From Marsupella aquatica (lineage: Eukaryota; Plantae; Marchantiophyta): 64,000 nucleotides of DNA. Location of the stretch: the NCBI GenBank assembly GCA_973895155.1, contig OZ316896.1, positions 13,511,469-13,575,468 on the forward strand, read 5' to 3'. Below, in pieces: positions 1 to 11,419 of this stretch (its first letter is position 1; every line of letters starts with the position of its first letter). A program made the position numbers and the translations under genes. The notes under the pieces are model-generated. The model saw nothing but the letters and a program-made list of their open reading frames with translations, searched no databases and was not told where the DNA came from.

Positions 1-655
1 TTAAGCATACATGACAATCACAACGGCAAACCCATGACACATCCAACATGCAAGTAGTCAACACAAGAGATATGCGGTCACCTCCGTGAGGCTACGTCAA
101 CGGGAACACACAAGAGAGTTTTACTGAACTCTAAGCCAGTCGGCCTTACCAAGTCTCCATAGTGTAAGCTCTCTTCATCTCTCAAGTGGCTCTGTAACAA
201 TGAGCCTTAGTTCCACTTATCCAAGCATACACCGCTTAGGATATAGTGTGCAACTTAGTTAACCTAATCACAACTCCTACTACGGTTAGCCTAACTACGG
301 TTACATGTTGTCTCAGGGGCCTCAATCCAAGGGGTGTCTCATATCACGTGCAAAGTTTTGGGGGAATAAAACACCCTGAAACTTAAGTCAATAAATTTTT
401 TTGAGTAATTTTTTAGCCCCTAGTTTAATGGAATATTCTTGAAATATTTCCAAATTTGGTTTTAAAAAACCCTTTGATTCTTATAATTCTCAAAACTGGA
501 TTAAAACAACCTTAAAGTTCTTCAGCAAAAATTTAAAAGTCATTCACTAAAGTCAATAACTAAACCCTATACTTATTCGTGTGTGATGGGTTGGAAGAAA
601 AGAAGTGAGGACCCCGGGCATGTTGTAAACCTAGACCTAAGGTAAATACCTAACA
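1..655. mobile_element. LTR of family A (Copia-style), cut by the window edge and interrupted by a MITE
   Basis: 1-311 and 619-655 are the reverse complement of the solo LTR at 3001-3214 (e.g. CATCCAACATGCAAGTAGTCAACACAAGAGAT and CCTAGACCTAAGGTAAATACCTAACA). It ends in ...TAACA at 655, and the window starts about 2 nt inside the TG terminus. Confidence 0.8.
312..618. mobile_element. Non-autonomous TIR element (hAT-like MITE) nested in LTR A
   Basis: 8-bp TSD CATGTTGT at 304-311 and 619-626. Imperfect TIRs CTCAGGGGCCTCA and TGAGGACCCCGGG (10/13). Absent from the sister LTR at 3001-3214. Confidence 0.75.
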
Positions 656-672
656 CAAGAAGGAAACACGAT

Positions 673-732
673 AGAGGAGAGGAGAGGAGAGGAGAGGAGA
701 GGAGAGGAGAGGAGAGGAGAGGAGAGGAGAGA
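673..732. repeat. (AGAGG)n microsatellite
   Basis: About 12 tandem AGAGG units. Confidence 0.95.
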
Positions 733-2049
733 GCTTGGAGGCAAAGAGGACTGGAAAAATAGCTCGAGTCAAGGAAGTCAAGAGGAGAGGCCAAAGTTTG
801 GTGGGCTGGGAGGAGACTGAGGTGAAAGAAAGGCCCTCATATTAAGCCTGTGAGGAGGGGGAGGCAAAAGTCTGGTGCCAGGCAAAGAGCGGAGTTCAAA
901 TAAAATGAGGAAAAATCTTCAACCATTCAAAATAAATATTATTGGTGAACTAATCACAAAACATTCTCAAATTACGAGCTGGTCAGATTCCCTGCTATGT
1001 GATTTACACTAATAGGCAGGCCCCTGACCTTGCTAATTGCACAGCAATCCTGTTAGCCCATGTCATCCTTCCACGCCATTCACACGTCACCTTTTCTCAG
1101 TTTGAGATCCTTGGCTGCCAAATGCATGCAGTGTGTGCACCACAATTCACTACTTTCTTGAGCGCATTTGTCAACATTTTTAGGCCGAATCAAGTGAATG
1201 GGTTGAATCAATTGTTCTTAGTTGAGTTCCTTGGTGTGAGGCTGTCCGTCATTGATGTTTAGCAAGGTGGGGACTGGGAGATTGGGAATTTGGAGATTAC
1301 AACTTGCAGTCCTTTGTTGTACCAATGCATTAGAGGACAAGAGCAAGATTTGGTCACTACTCTACTCTTATATCTATCCTCAAATCACCAAGGTTAAGTC
1401 ACATCACGTGCGACAAAGTATAGGGTCGTTTTAATAATTTTTGAAAAAAACTTATTAAATTGTCAATGGAAATATATGATTGTTTAATTGCAAAATGCAT
1501 GTGTCTCATCACATGATTATTGTAGTGCAATGTTATGTAAAGTGACTTTAACAAGGTCATGCGGCATCCTTTGCATTGCATTAGTAGAAGACGTTGTCAG
1601 TAGCAAGTAGCCTTTAAGGCCAACCTTGCTACTAGTTATAGGAGGTAGCATTATAGTGAATGTTGGGATGACTCTCAACAAGAGCAAGTATGGTTGGAAG
1701 GTAGAACATCATGTTTAGACTGTATAAATGCAATGAAGTGATTTAGCCTTGAGGTTTTTTACTCCCCATGTCATTATATTTAGTCATCACCATAATATTA
1801 TAAACTCGTATCCTAGGTCATGAAAATTCAATGCATTTTAAATTGTTCAAATATTTAGGATTTTTTAATTTTAAATAATCAAAGCAAACGACAAGGCCGT
1901 CAAATAATTTTTAAAAATGTGTCAAAAGTTTTATGTAAATTATTGTCATTGTTATTGTTTTAAGGGTTTTGGTTGAGCACTCACTCAATTTGTTCAACAC
2001 TCAGAAAGAAATAGTTAACTAATTGTTGCAAGTTATGTACAGAATCTAG

Positions 2050-2260
2050 CATATAGGTCACAAATAAATAGATAAAGTAATTGTTGTCAATTGTATGCAC
2101 TAAAGTTAATTAATCTCATCAAAAATCTATCTTTGATACAATAATTATTGTAAAAAGTGATATAAATTTTTTTATAAGATAACTTATGATTACTTACAAG
2201 GTTTGCCAATTATGTTGAACACAAAAGACAATTATTCTGCAGCACAACATAAAAAATATA
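2050..2260 (+). repeat. Dispersed AT-rich repeat, copy 1 (other copy about 6880-7160)
   Basis: Colinear shared blocks: TCACAAATAA..TAGAT, TCAATTGT, AAGATAACTT, TTACAAGGT.TGCC, CACAAAAG, GCACAACAT. Confidence 0.6.
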
Positions 2261-3000
2261 GGCAATGCAAGGTTCTTTCCAGATATTACAAAATATCCTT
2301 GTCTTCAAAAATAGCAATAAACTATGCATCTATAAGTCAAATTTTAGCATTTTACTTCATGAAACAAGTTTGGGAGTTGATCTAGTTTTCTTGAAAAGAT
2401 GCAAATAACATTTTTATGTTAGTGGAGGTTAGTTCTAAGTGGATGACATTCCACAATCATGACATTGATGCAATCTATAATTGATTTACATTTTCTTTCC
2501 CTCATCAATGATATTAAAAGATGTTGCAAGACTCCTTTGGAAAAGTGAAGCCCGAATGGAGCACCCAAGGGGGGCTCACTTTCACGAAAGTGGCACATCA
2601 CATACAACAAAGTGTAGACCCATTTAAATGGGTATGGAAAATTACTTCCAACCCCCCCATGTTCATCCAAGGAATGTGTGTGTGATGAAGTGAAATCAAT
2701 TTTCAGCAAGGCAATTACCGATGGTTTTGAGTCTCCTTGGTGTGTGCTCGTACAAAAGAGAATGCTTGAAAGATAGAAGAGATCGATCTGGTTGAGATGT
2801 TATCTCTGGTTTATCAAATGGAAGGTTGAATATGGAAGAATTGAGGGTTTTTACGGTTTTTGCTTACATATCAAAAAAATCATGTTTTTACCAATCTTGA
2901 TTGATCGTTTGTGAGTTACCTTGAGCATTACCGCCACAAGACAGACTGAAGGACAACACTCGACTATTGGCAAAAGGGCACTTGTCGTTTTGGTAGGAAG

Positions 3001-3214
3001 TGTTAGGTATTTACTCAAGGTCTAGGGTTACGACATGTAACCGTAGTTAGATTAACCATAGTCAGAGATGTGGTTAGGTTAACTAGGATGCACACTATAT
3101 GCCAAGAGGTGTTTGCTCGGACTCGAGGAGGTGAACTGCGTATCTCTTGTGTTGACTACTTGCACGTTGGATGTATCATATGCTTACCGTTGCAAGTGTC
3201 GTTTATGCTCAACA
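3001..3214. mobile_element. Solo LTR of family A with an internal deletion
   Basis: TGTTAGG...CTCAACA termini and a perfect 5-bp TSD GGAAG (2996-3000 and 3215-3219). Inverted homolog of 1-655 lacking about 140 bp of the middle. Confidence 0.85.
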
Positions 3215-3504
3215 GGAAGAACGCACAACATGGACGAGTCATCACTTCACATGAAGGTTTTGTAGTTTTTGATTTAAGAAAACTATGGTGTGGGGGGAGA
3301 CCAACAATTGTTTCTTCGACATAGAGGTTGCATTTGGCGTCAACCTGTGTTCAGAGTGAGCTTCAACTGAAGATTGGAGGGATGTGAACAATTCAAGTCG
3401 GGAGGCAAGCATTGCAGACAAGCGATGATGTAATCGAATAAATCAATTTGCAACGGCTAAGTTTGTGATGGTGATGAGATTGTGAGATCTCTTAATCAAG
3501 AAGT

Positions 3505-3990
3505 GTTTCCAATGAGCCTCAGATTGACAAATTTTGTCAAGTTTCATTTGAATTTTTGAATTTCTCTGCCTTTCCAATGAGTTTGACAATAAGAATTTTT
3601 TAGCATGAGTTCATGAATTCTTTTAGCTTTCCAACATTGAGTCCGACATTGACAAATTTCAAGTCAGATTTTGTCTCGGATTTTGTCAAGAGATCATGAG
3701 GATTTCAATCTCTCTAGCTTTCTAATGTGTGACATTGGGAATATTCGTCAAGAATTAGAGAGATGATGAGTATCCAAATTTCTCTAGCTTTCCAATGAGC
3801 CTAACATTGATAAATTTTGTCAAGTACTAAAGAGATGATGAGTTTCTAATTTTACTCTAGCTTTCCAATGAGTGTGACAATGAGAGATTTTATCAAGACA
3901 GTACAAACTAAAGAGGTCATGAGTTTCTTGATCTTGAGCTTTCCAATGAAGCAAATATTGATAGATTTCATCAAATACTAAGGAGATTGA
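3505..3990. repeat. Degenerate minisatellite, ~70-bp unit, ~7 copies
   Basis: Recurring CTAGCTTTCCAATGAG....ACATTGA.AAATTTTGTCAAG, with anchors near 3506, 3571, 3628, 3719, 3789, 3862 and 3940. Confidence 0.8.
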
Positions 3991-4877
3991 TTATTTAGTT
4001 TTACAATATGGAGCCAAAGGGGTTCTAACTATGTACATTTCTATCGATTGGTTATTTTTTCAAACTTGCAAGCAATTAAAAATACAAGCATTTTGATTTA
4101 AAACACTGATATATCATTCCAGATTTCAAGGAAAACACTGGTATATCATTGACAAACATCACAATGGTAACTTTATTTTATTGAATGACATCTCTTCCTT
4201 TGTATTCTAATTTTTTTACGCTTAATACTTATGGCATGCCGCCCCAAAAATTACGTTGCTCTTGCCACAAACATGAATGTGCACTTTTGTTATTGTCAAA
4301 AATAGAATCTGTCCTGTTTGTGGCTGGTTTTGCTGATGTGGCACAACCTGGTCCGTAAATAGGGCATGTTTTATTGATTGGTAAACTTTAAAGAACAAAT
4401 AGGTTTTTTGAAGTGTAAAAACTATTTTCTTTAAATTTTGTAGGCCGGGATTTTAAGTTAAAAAATGGGAAATTTTAAAGAAAAAAAGGATGTCACAAAA
4501 AACAATTACGTCTAAAGTTAAGGAGTTGTCGCACGTGATATATGGACCCTCCATATAGTGACACCCCCCCCCCCCAAGGACCACCAATATGTTGGCCACA
4601 GTGCTCCCATAGACCACATTTTGGTGGTCTATGGGAGTTGTGGGCTTACAAATTGATGATTATGAGTCTTAAAATAATTTGACTCTAGCATTGGTAAATG
4701 ATGTTTTCTTGATAGTTTCAATAATTTGATGATGTGTGAAGCTTCATTAAGTGATGGCCTTTTTAATTATTGGAAAGTCAATATGCTAATATATGTCCCA
4801 TTTTAATATTAATACACCTGAATATTAAATAGAATATGGTATTTAATTCACCTGGATATTAAATATATACCTTAATC

Positions 4878-5281
4878 CTCTCTATTGATGCCAGTGAACG
4901 ATGAAGGTTTGTCCCTGTTACACTGGATTGATTCAACTCCTTGGGTCAATATTTGGATGAAGAATAGCAACCACATGTACTCTGGTTTGCCCGCTACGTT
5001 TGACCTACGCCAGCTCGGGATGGAGCACAAACATCCGCATGACTTTCCCGACCAACTTGCGTGGTGTAGGAAGGGGATGGGTTCTGCCCAAAGGGGCTGG
5101 ATGTTGGCTACCACCTGGTGGCTTCACAGGTCCTTTTGGCCTGATTAGGGTTTTTTTCTTTTTTTCCTCCCGGTTTAACGGGTTGCCGCTGGGGGTGGCT
5201 TTTGTCCCCCTGGTGGTGTGTGCGGGTTCCGGCCCTTCTCCGGTTTGTTGACGGTTATTTTGTTTAAAAATATATATATAT
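4878..5281 (+). mobile_element. 5'-truncated non-LTR retrotransposon (LINE-like) 3' end
   Basis: 15-bp TSD ATATATACCTTAATC at 4863-4877 and 5282-5296. Open reading frame to a TAG at 5148, then a G/T-rich 3' UTR and an A5(TA)n tail. GC-richer than the flanks. Confidence 0.8.
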
Positions 5282-5973
5282 ATATATACCTTAATCTGGC
5301 ATAAATGTCATTGTTCATTTGTGTTTTAGATTCATAGTATGTAAAAGATGAATATTTTGAGCTTCATGTGCTATGCAAAGATATCATTCTTGGGATCAGC
5401 GCTTTAATTAATCTAATCAAGACATTCATTTGAAGTTATTTTTCTCTAAATTTTATTGTCACTTATTTATTCCAAATAGTAAGTTTTGCAAACAAGATAA
5501 CCATTCACAATATCATCAAGTATGTCATTCTTCAAGAAACTTCTCAATGATCGGACCAAATCCTCATTTTCTAATGTTCCTGCCAGTGTTTGAGAGATTG
5601 TTTGGGAGCTACATTTTAAAGGATCACGTCTTGCTATTTGTAAGATATTTCACGTGATTTAACACTTATCAATGTGGGAAATTTTCTAACAGGAGCTTAA
5701 TTATGTCATGTAGACATCAACCAATACTTATGAGTGATAGCATGGAATAGAGACAATTATTTGTGTAATATCTTGTTTATCACAAATTAGTATTGGCATT
5801 AATAAAAAAGTATATAAAGGTTTTTCAGAATCATTGTCCACAAATGAAATGTTGATAAAACTCAGTGACATTAGAGTTCAATGAAATGTTTAAAGCAGAG
5901 ATTTGAGTAGATACTCCCAGACCATTGGAGATCTGACACTCATGATCAATGCAAAGTATGAATTATTATGATA

Positions 5974-6377
5974 CAGGATAGAGATCCAACCCAGGTTTCA
6001 ACTGACGTGCAACTTGCCGAGTTGCCGGGCACGTAAACTCGTCATTTGCTGGGCGAAAATTGGCCCAAATGCTGGATATTCCCCGGGCCGGGCCAAGTGC
6101 GGGGCCGGATCGGGATAGGCCGGGACAGGCCAGGATCGGGCTGGGAGAGGCCAGGACAGGCCAGGAGAGGCGAGGAGAGGCTGGGAGAGGCCGGGACAGG
6201 CCAAGATTGGGCCGGGGCAGGGTTGGGGCGCGGTGTGAGCCGGCCGGGGCTGGGAGGTCATGGCCGGGCCAGGAAGCCAAGATCGGGCAGTCGGGACGGT
6301 CCATTTGACGAGTTGCCGGTTGACGGACTCTAAAGCCTCTATTTTCCGGGCAAGACCAAACCCGGGATCCAACATTG
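5974..6377. mobile_element. GC-rich ~400-bp insertion (putative MITE) with internal GGCCGGGACAGGCC-type repeats
   Basis: Sharp GC boundaries in AT-rich DNA, CA...TG ends, ATA on both sides, and a subterminal inverted motif ACTCGTCA/TGACGAGT. Confidence 0.5.
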
Positions 6378-6879
6378 ATAGTGAAAGCAAAGTATGCATT
6401 ATGGTGATACATGAATGATATAAGGTTTACAACCAACTGTACGACTCTATGGATCAGATAGGATGTAACAAACTTATGGAGATGTTCAAAGAGTTTTTGA
6501 CAAAAGTCATATTTGCCACCTACGTGACAGTGAAACGTGATCAGCTAGTACAGACAATTGCTTACAGATTGCATTGATATAATTTGATAACTCATACATA
6601 TATACGTTATGACAAAGGTACTATAGAATGACAAAATAATTCTTGGAGTTAGCTCAATTGATGACCTAATATAATTTTATTGGGTTTGATGGCTATTATA
6701 ACAAATTACCTGTTTTTGCAATATTAATTTCCAGTGTTAATTTCCAGTTCATAACAAGTCTTTAAATTACTTTGAAAACAATTGATGTTTAAATGTTTGT
6801 GTAACTATGCAATTCCTTAGGATAGTAAGTAACAATGGGAAAAAATTGTCTTGTGTCTACTATTTTCAAGAGCTCATTT

Positions 6880-7160
6880 GGAGATGTAGGTTACAAATAA
6901 ATAGATCAAAAAACTATTGCCAATTATTGTAATGAATTTGTCATGTAAATCACAAATAAGTAGATGCAGTAAACATTATCAATTGTCTATACTGAAGTTC
7001 AACAATCCCATGCAAAACCTATCTTAAGTATAGAAGAATTTTTCAAAACTATTTCAACGTGAACTCTATCAAGATAACTTTAGGTTGATTACAAGGTCTG
7101 CCCATGTGAAGCACAAAAGTTCAATTATTTAGTGTGCGGCACAACATGAATAAAAACATT
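6880..7160 (+). repeat. Dispersed AT-rich repeat, copy 2 (see 2050-2260)
   Basis: Colinear similarity with 2050-2260. Confidence 0.6.
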
Positions 7161-7198
7161 AATGTGAAAAGTTATTCACGTCAAATGGTAGAAGTTCT

Positions 7199-7542
7199 TT
7201 TAGGGAAAAGCCAGAGACACAATCCACAAGAGACAAGAAAAAAACAAGCACACTAACACGTAAGATACGTGGTTCACCTTTGTCAAGAACACATCCATGG
7301 AATGCTAGAACTTTATTAAAATTTGGCCACCATAGCCAAACCAAGCCTCCAAGTACAAGCTCTTTAAGAATGCTTCACCTATCATCTAGCTTGCTCCCTC
7401 AACAATGAGCATGAGTCCCCAAAGAGGAGCACTTCCTTGGTCCCCTATATGCTAGGAACTAGAGTTGTGGCTAACCTCCATTAAGACCCCAAGGGTGATT
7501 AGCTTAAGTATGGTAAGCCCAAGACTAGAGTCAACCCTAACA
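7199..7542. mobile_element. Solo LTR of family B
   Basis: Reverse complement of 47451-47805 over its whole length (e.g. CTAGCTTGCTCCCTCAACAATGAGCATGA). Ends CCCTAACA, contains the Copia-LTR-like motif AAGATACGTGGTTCACC, and has a degenerate TSD (TTCTT/TTCTA). Confidence 0.75.
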
Positions 7543-7619
7543 TTCTACATAATTTTCATATTGATAAATGCCAAGTTTGAACATTCTCAAATAGAAAATG
7601 ACAGCTTAAAACATGTCCA

Positions 7620-7759
7620 TTGTTTTATTTATTTATTTGTTTTTTTTAAAGGGAAATCTGTGAAACCCCTCAAAACGAGAATAGTCAGCCACAACATTTG
7701 AACTCTAGACCTATGAGTCTCACTTCAATAGCTACCACAGAGCCATGCCTCGTTGGGAG
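7620..7759 (-). mobile_element. tRNA-derived SINE
   Basis: The minus strand has an A-box-like TGGCTCTGTGG, a B-box-like GAGTTCAAAT and an A-rich tail (AAAAAAAAACAAATAAATAAAT). TSD AACATGTCCA at 7610-7619 and 7760-7769. A second copy lies at about 31690-31791. Confidence 0.7.
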
Positions 7760-10700
7760 AACATGTCCACTATTTGATATTGTATTTGACATTTTTTGGT
7801 CAAATCAACATGACGAAGTTTGCTGACTATAATGCACCAAGCTCGATCCAAGGAGATGGGTACCAGGGGGGTAAGTCACTCTCACTTCTCTAAACCCCAC
7901 CATCATTTAGGAGCTGGGGCGGGCCAAGGGAATATTTACATGGATGTTGGGCAGTTTGCAATGGACACCAACACAAAGAGGATTTTGGGACCAAAGCATG
8001 TGTGGCTGGGACATTGGCAGCATTTGGTTTGGGAATATTTGGGGTCTGAAGAAATACAAGTAGCAACATGGAATCCCCTACTCTGCTCATCTTGTCTGTT
8101 GATTTAAACATTTAAGAGGGTTAACCTATAGGGAGATCTTAGCCTAATCTATAGTTGTTTATGCCCAAGGAATCACGTGTCTTTTGTTGTATCTAACCGA
8201 ATGTATTTGTCAAGTTTCTATAGTCTTCACCTCCATGGTATACCTTAGTTTATATTTTTCAGAGAGTTTGTTACTACATATGCCAGTGGTGGACAGGTAT
8301 GTACATACAATTATCCATATTTGGGGATACTCACCCCATACTCCATATTCATAGGCAATCCAAATGTTTTAAGGTAGTGCGTAATTCACATACTAGCACC
8401 ATTGTAGGGATCAAAACCATATTGAGACAAAACAACAGAAAATAAAAGTGGCCTCACACTTGATCCCAAAACGTTTGACATGAGGATAGACTGAGTATGG
8501 CAAACTGTTTATTTAGTTGAGCATTAAAATTGTGATGAAGGCATCAGAACCTACTACGATAAGTAAGGTATTGGGGTACTCAATTGGTCTAACTATGTCC
8601 CATAGACATTTTCATTAAAATGAAGGAGAATTTTTAAAGATAGTGCAGGACAAAGACTATACCATACAGGCTGGAAATAACATGCTTCCACAGTGCTTCT
8701 CCTATATTGACACTCACTTAGGAAAAGGATTATTTGCGGAGGCACATGTCATGCATTGTGTTTTTCTTTTTGTTTTCTTCTTTCAAAACATTTCAGTAGG
8801 GGGATTGAAGATCTGGATGTATCAAAGTTGAATGGGTAATCAGACCTACAGGGTGAGCCACATTAGAAACAGGGACTTACAAGAATCCATCCATGAATGA
8901 CACATTTTCATGAAAATCTAGAATGATAGACTGAATACCCTCTCATATGTTGCCACTATAAGAGTTTGTCAAAGTGAAAACAGGAAAAATATTATAAATT
9001 GTATAAATTTTAACAAAGTTCAGTGGCTGCTTGCTACAGTTCAACGCTTGTCAAAGTCTGTGTTATATGCAAGACTCTAACCGAGCCTAAATTTCTTTCT
9101 CATCCAGATTGTCATTTAAATTTCCTTATTCATCTAGATTGTCATTTGAACTACATCTTCGGGTTGTTTGTCAGTCATCTATGCGCTCAGTCTCATTTAG
9201 ATAGGCAGAAGAGTACTCAGGTTCCTTCATTCAGTGGTGCAATTCCAAAGATTTGGAAGAACTCACCAAGCAATAGGATTTAGTTTAATATATAAACATC
9301 TCAATAGTTTGGTGTCATCTGCAGCTTCAGAAACAGACCCCAACTTAGTGCATTCATTTACTTGCTATCACCTTTGTCACCTGGTTTGGTATTATTTTCA
9401 ACTACGTGCATTATCCTTCATTTGTTTGATATCTTCTGCCAGGGACAAGGCCCTCACTTTGTACCAGAAGATGGCCATTGTCCAAGATTCCCCACTGCAG
9501 CCTCTCATGGGAGTCTGGGCAGTGTCTTAGTCCCAGTGAGGCGGATCGCCCTAACAGACCCACTAAGTGTCAAGGTTTAGGAGGAAGCAATGCCCCGGGA
9601 CAGGAATCCACAAGTCATAATTTCCAATTCCGAAGTACTCTTCAGTCTTGAAACAGTACTCAAACGACTTTCAGAGCTCATTGATTTGACAATCCAAGAC
9701 CCAAAGACAGTCATCATCATAGCCACTGAAATGTGAGCTGCAGACCTTCCATATTTGAGTTCTGCTCAGTGATAGATGTTTGGCATCATTGAGAAATGCA
9801 ACTACTGCCAGTCAATCCTCAACCGCAACTGCAAGTGTACCTTAGCGATTCGAGGAAATTGAGAACTACCAACAGACAGGCTTGCTAAGGAAAGTTCGAG
9901 AGGCTGCTTTTTTATGAACGATTTCTCCTATCACATTATTCATTCATACTTTAATATTTTCTGACCCTGGACACTCTTTCTAGCTTAGACAAACAAATTT
10001 GAATGACACAGATATGACAGCATACAGCGTAAAGATGACCATGGTCACTCTTTTCCTCCAGTCCATGTCAATCGCCGTGCTGCATCTCCTTTTCTAGCAT
10101 TGATATGCCAGTCAAATTTGCAGAAACATTTTCATCAACAACCCTTTCCCACATCAGTCCATCTCCCATCAGTCCACAAACATTTTATTCTCGAGATAGA
10201 TAAGCTGAACTCTGTGTAATATGACCTTAGCTGCAACTGATCTCTATACGAGTCCCACCATTACCTTATCAAGAATTTATGTCCTGGTAAATACATATGT
10301 TCGTCCCGACTCCTGCAGACAGTTGCTGTGGGTTTTGCTACAACATGAGAGAAACTATCAGCTACGATAATTAAAGTTGCACATACAACCATTTCCACAA
10401 ATGAGCAAGTAATCATCATCATTCTTCGTGCTTCGCTCAGAATTCCAAGCACATCCAAACCGCACATTGCGTATACATTAAAGATGTACTCAATGTATCG
10501 GGCAAAATAATATAGTACTTTTCCCACTATTTCTCGTCTTGAGAGATACCAGGCCAACTCACCACAATGTTGGTAAGCACTCAAAGAGGCACAACTTAAG
10601 AGGACAGTCGTGTGCAACTTCCTGAAACAACCCAATTGTTAATGGCCAGTTTACCCTTACCCTTCGACCACCCCTCCCAAAATAAAAATACTGAGCAGAT

Positions 10701-11419
10701 CCGTGAAAACGTCACTCCCGCACTTCATCCAGATCATTTGTGACATGGAAGAACCCTCCAAAAAACCAACCAGAACATTCTCCAATCTCCACTGGAAATT
10801 AACCACTTTTGACCTTTCAAGTTAGGTCACAGATAAGGCATCTGCCATCGCGCATTGTCTCCAATACTCCTTAATTCAGTGCAGTTTCCAGGTTTGCTCC
10901 TGTTCAAGAACTAGGGGGAGCCTATTACCCACAGATCTCGAACTAAGGACAAGAGTCCCAGATCTCTCAACAATCATGTTACAGTGTTCAATACTCTGCT
11001 TGTTTATACACATCACTATAAATACTTTCAACTCTTGCCAATGCAGCAAAGAATTGCATATGCGATACTCTCCTAAATGATGTAAATGGTAAATCTTTTC
11101 GAAGGCTCAAACCTGCTGAAAGAATCAGTATAGGAGCCCCTTGTAAAAGCTTGAAAGCTAGGAAGCTAATCCAGTCTCCTCTCATGGTTGAGGAGACCAA
11201 AATTTATGGCTTCAATTTTTTAATTAACCAGTTGAGACAAAAACAAGAAATCTGAGGCCTCAAAAGCAGTCTAAGCTGGGGAAGAGAGCGAACAAGTGAT
11301 CTACCCAAACTGAAAGCGCTTAGACACAGACTGCGCGTGGAAATAATAGGTTCTCTGTTGTCGCACTACAGGATGAGGAAAGATAGATAGAAAAGATAAA
11401 CATCTTGGAGTACACGACA

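Noticed and set aside
573-794. ORF with SSPLL repeats
   Set aside because: It is a translation of the (AGAGG)n microsatellite.
5966-6436. Overlapping ORFs of 82-156 aa on both strands
   Set aside because: They are by-products of the GC-rich repetitive insertion.
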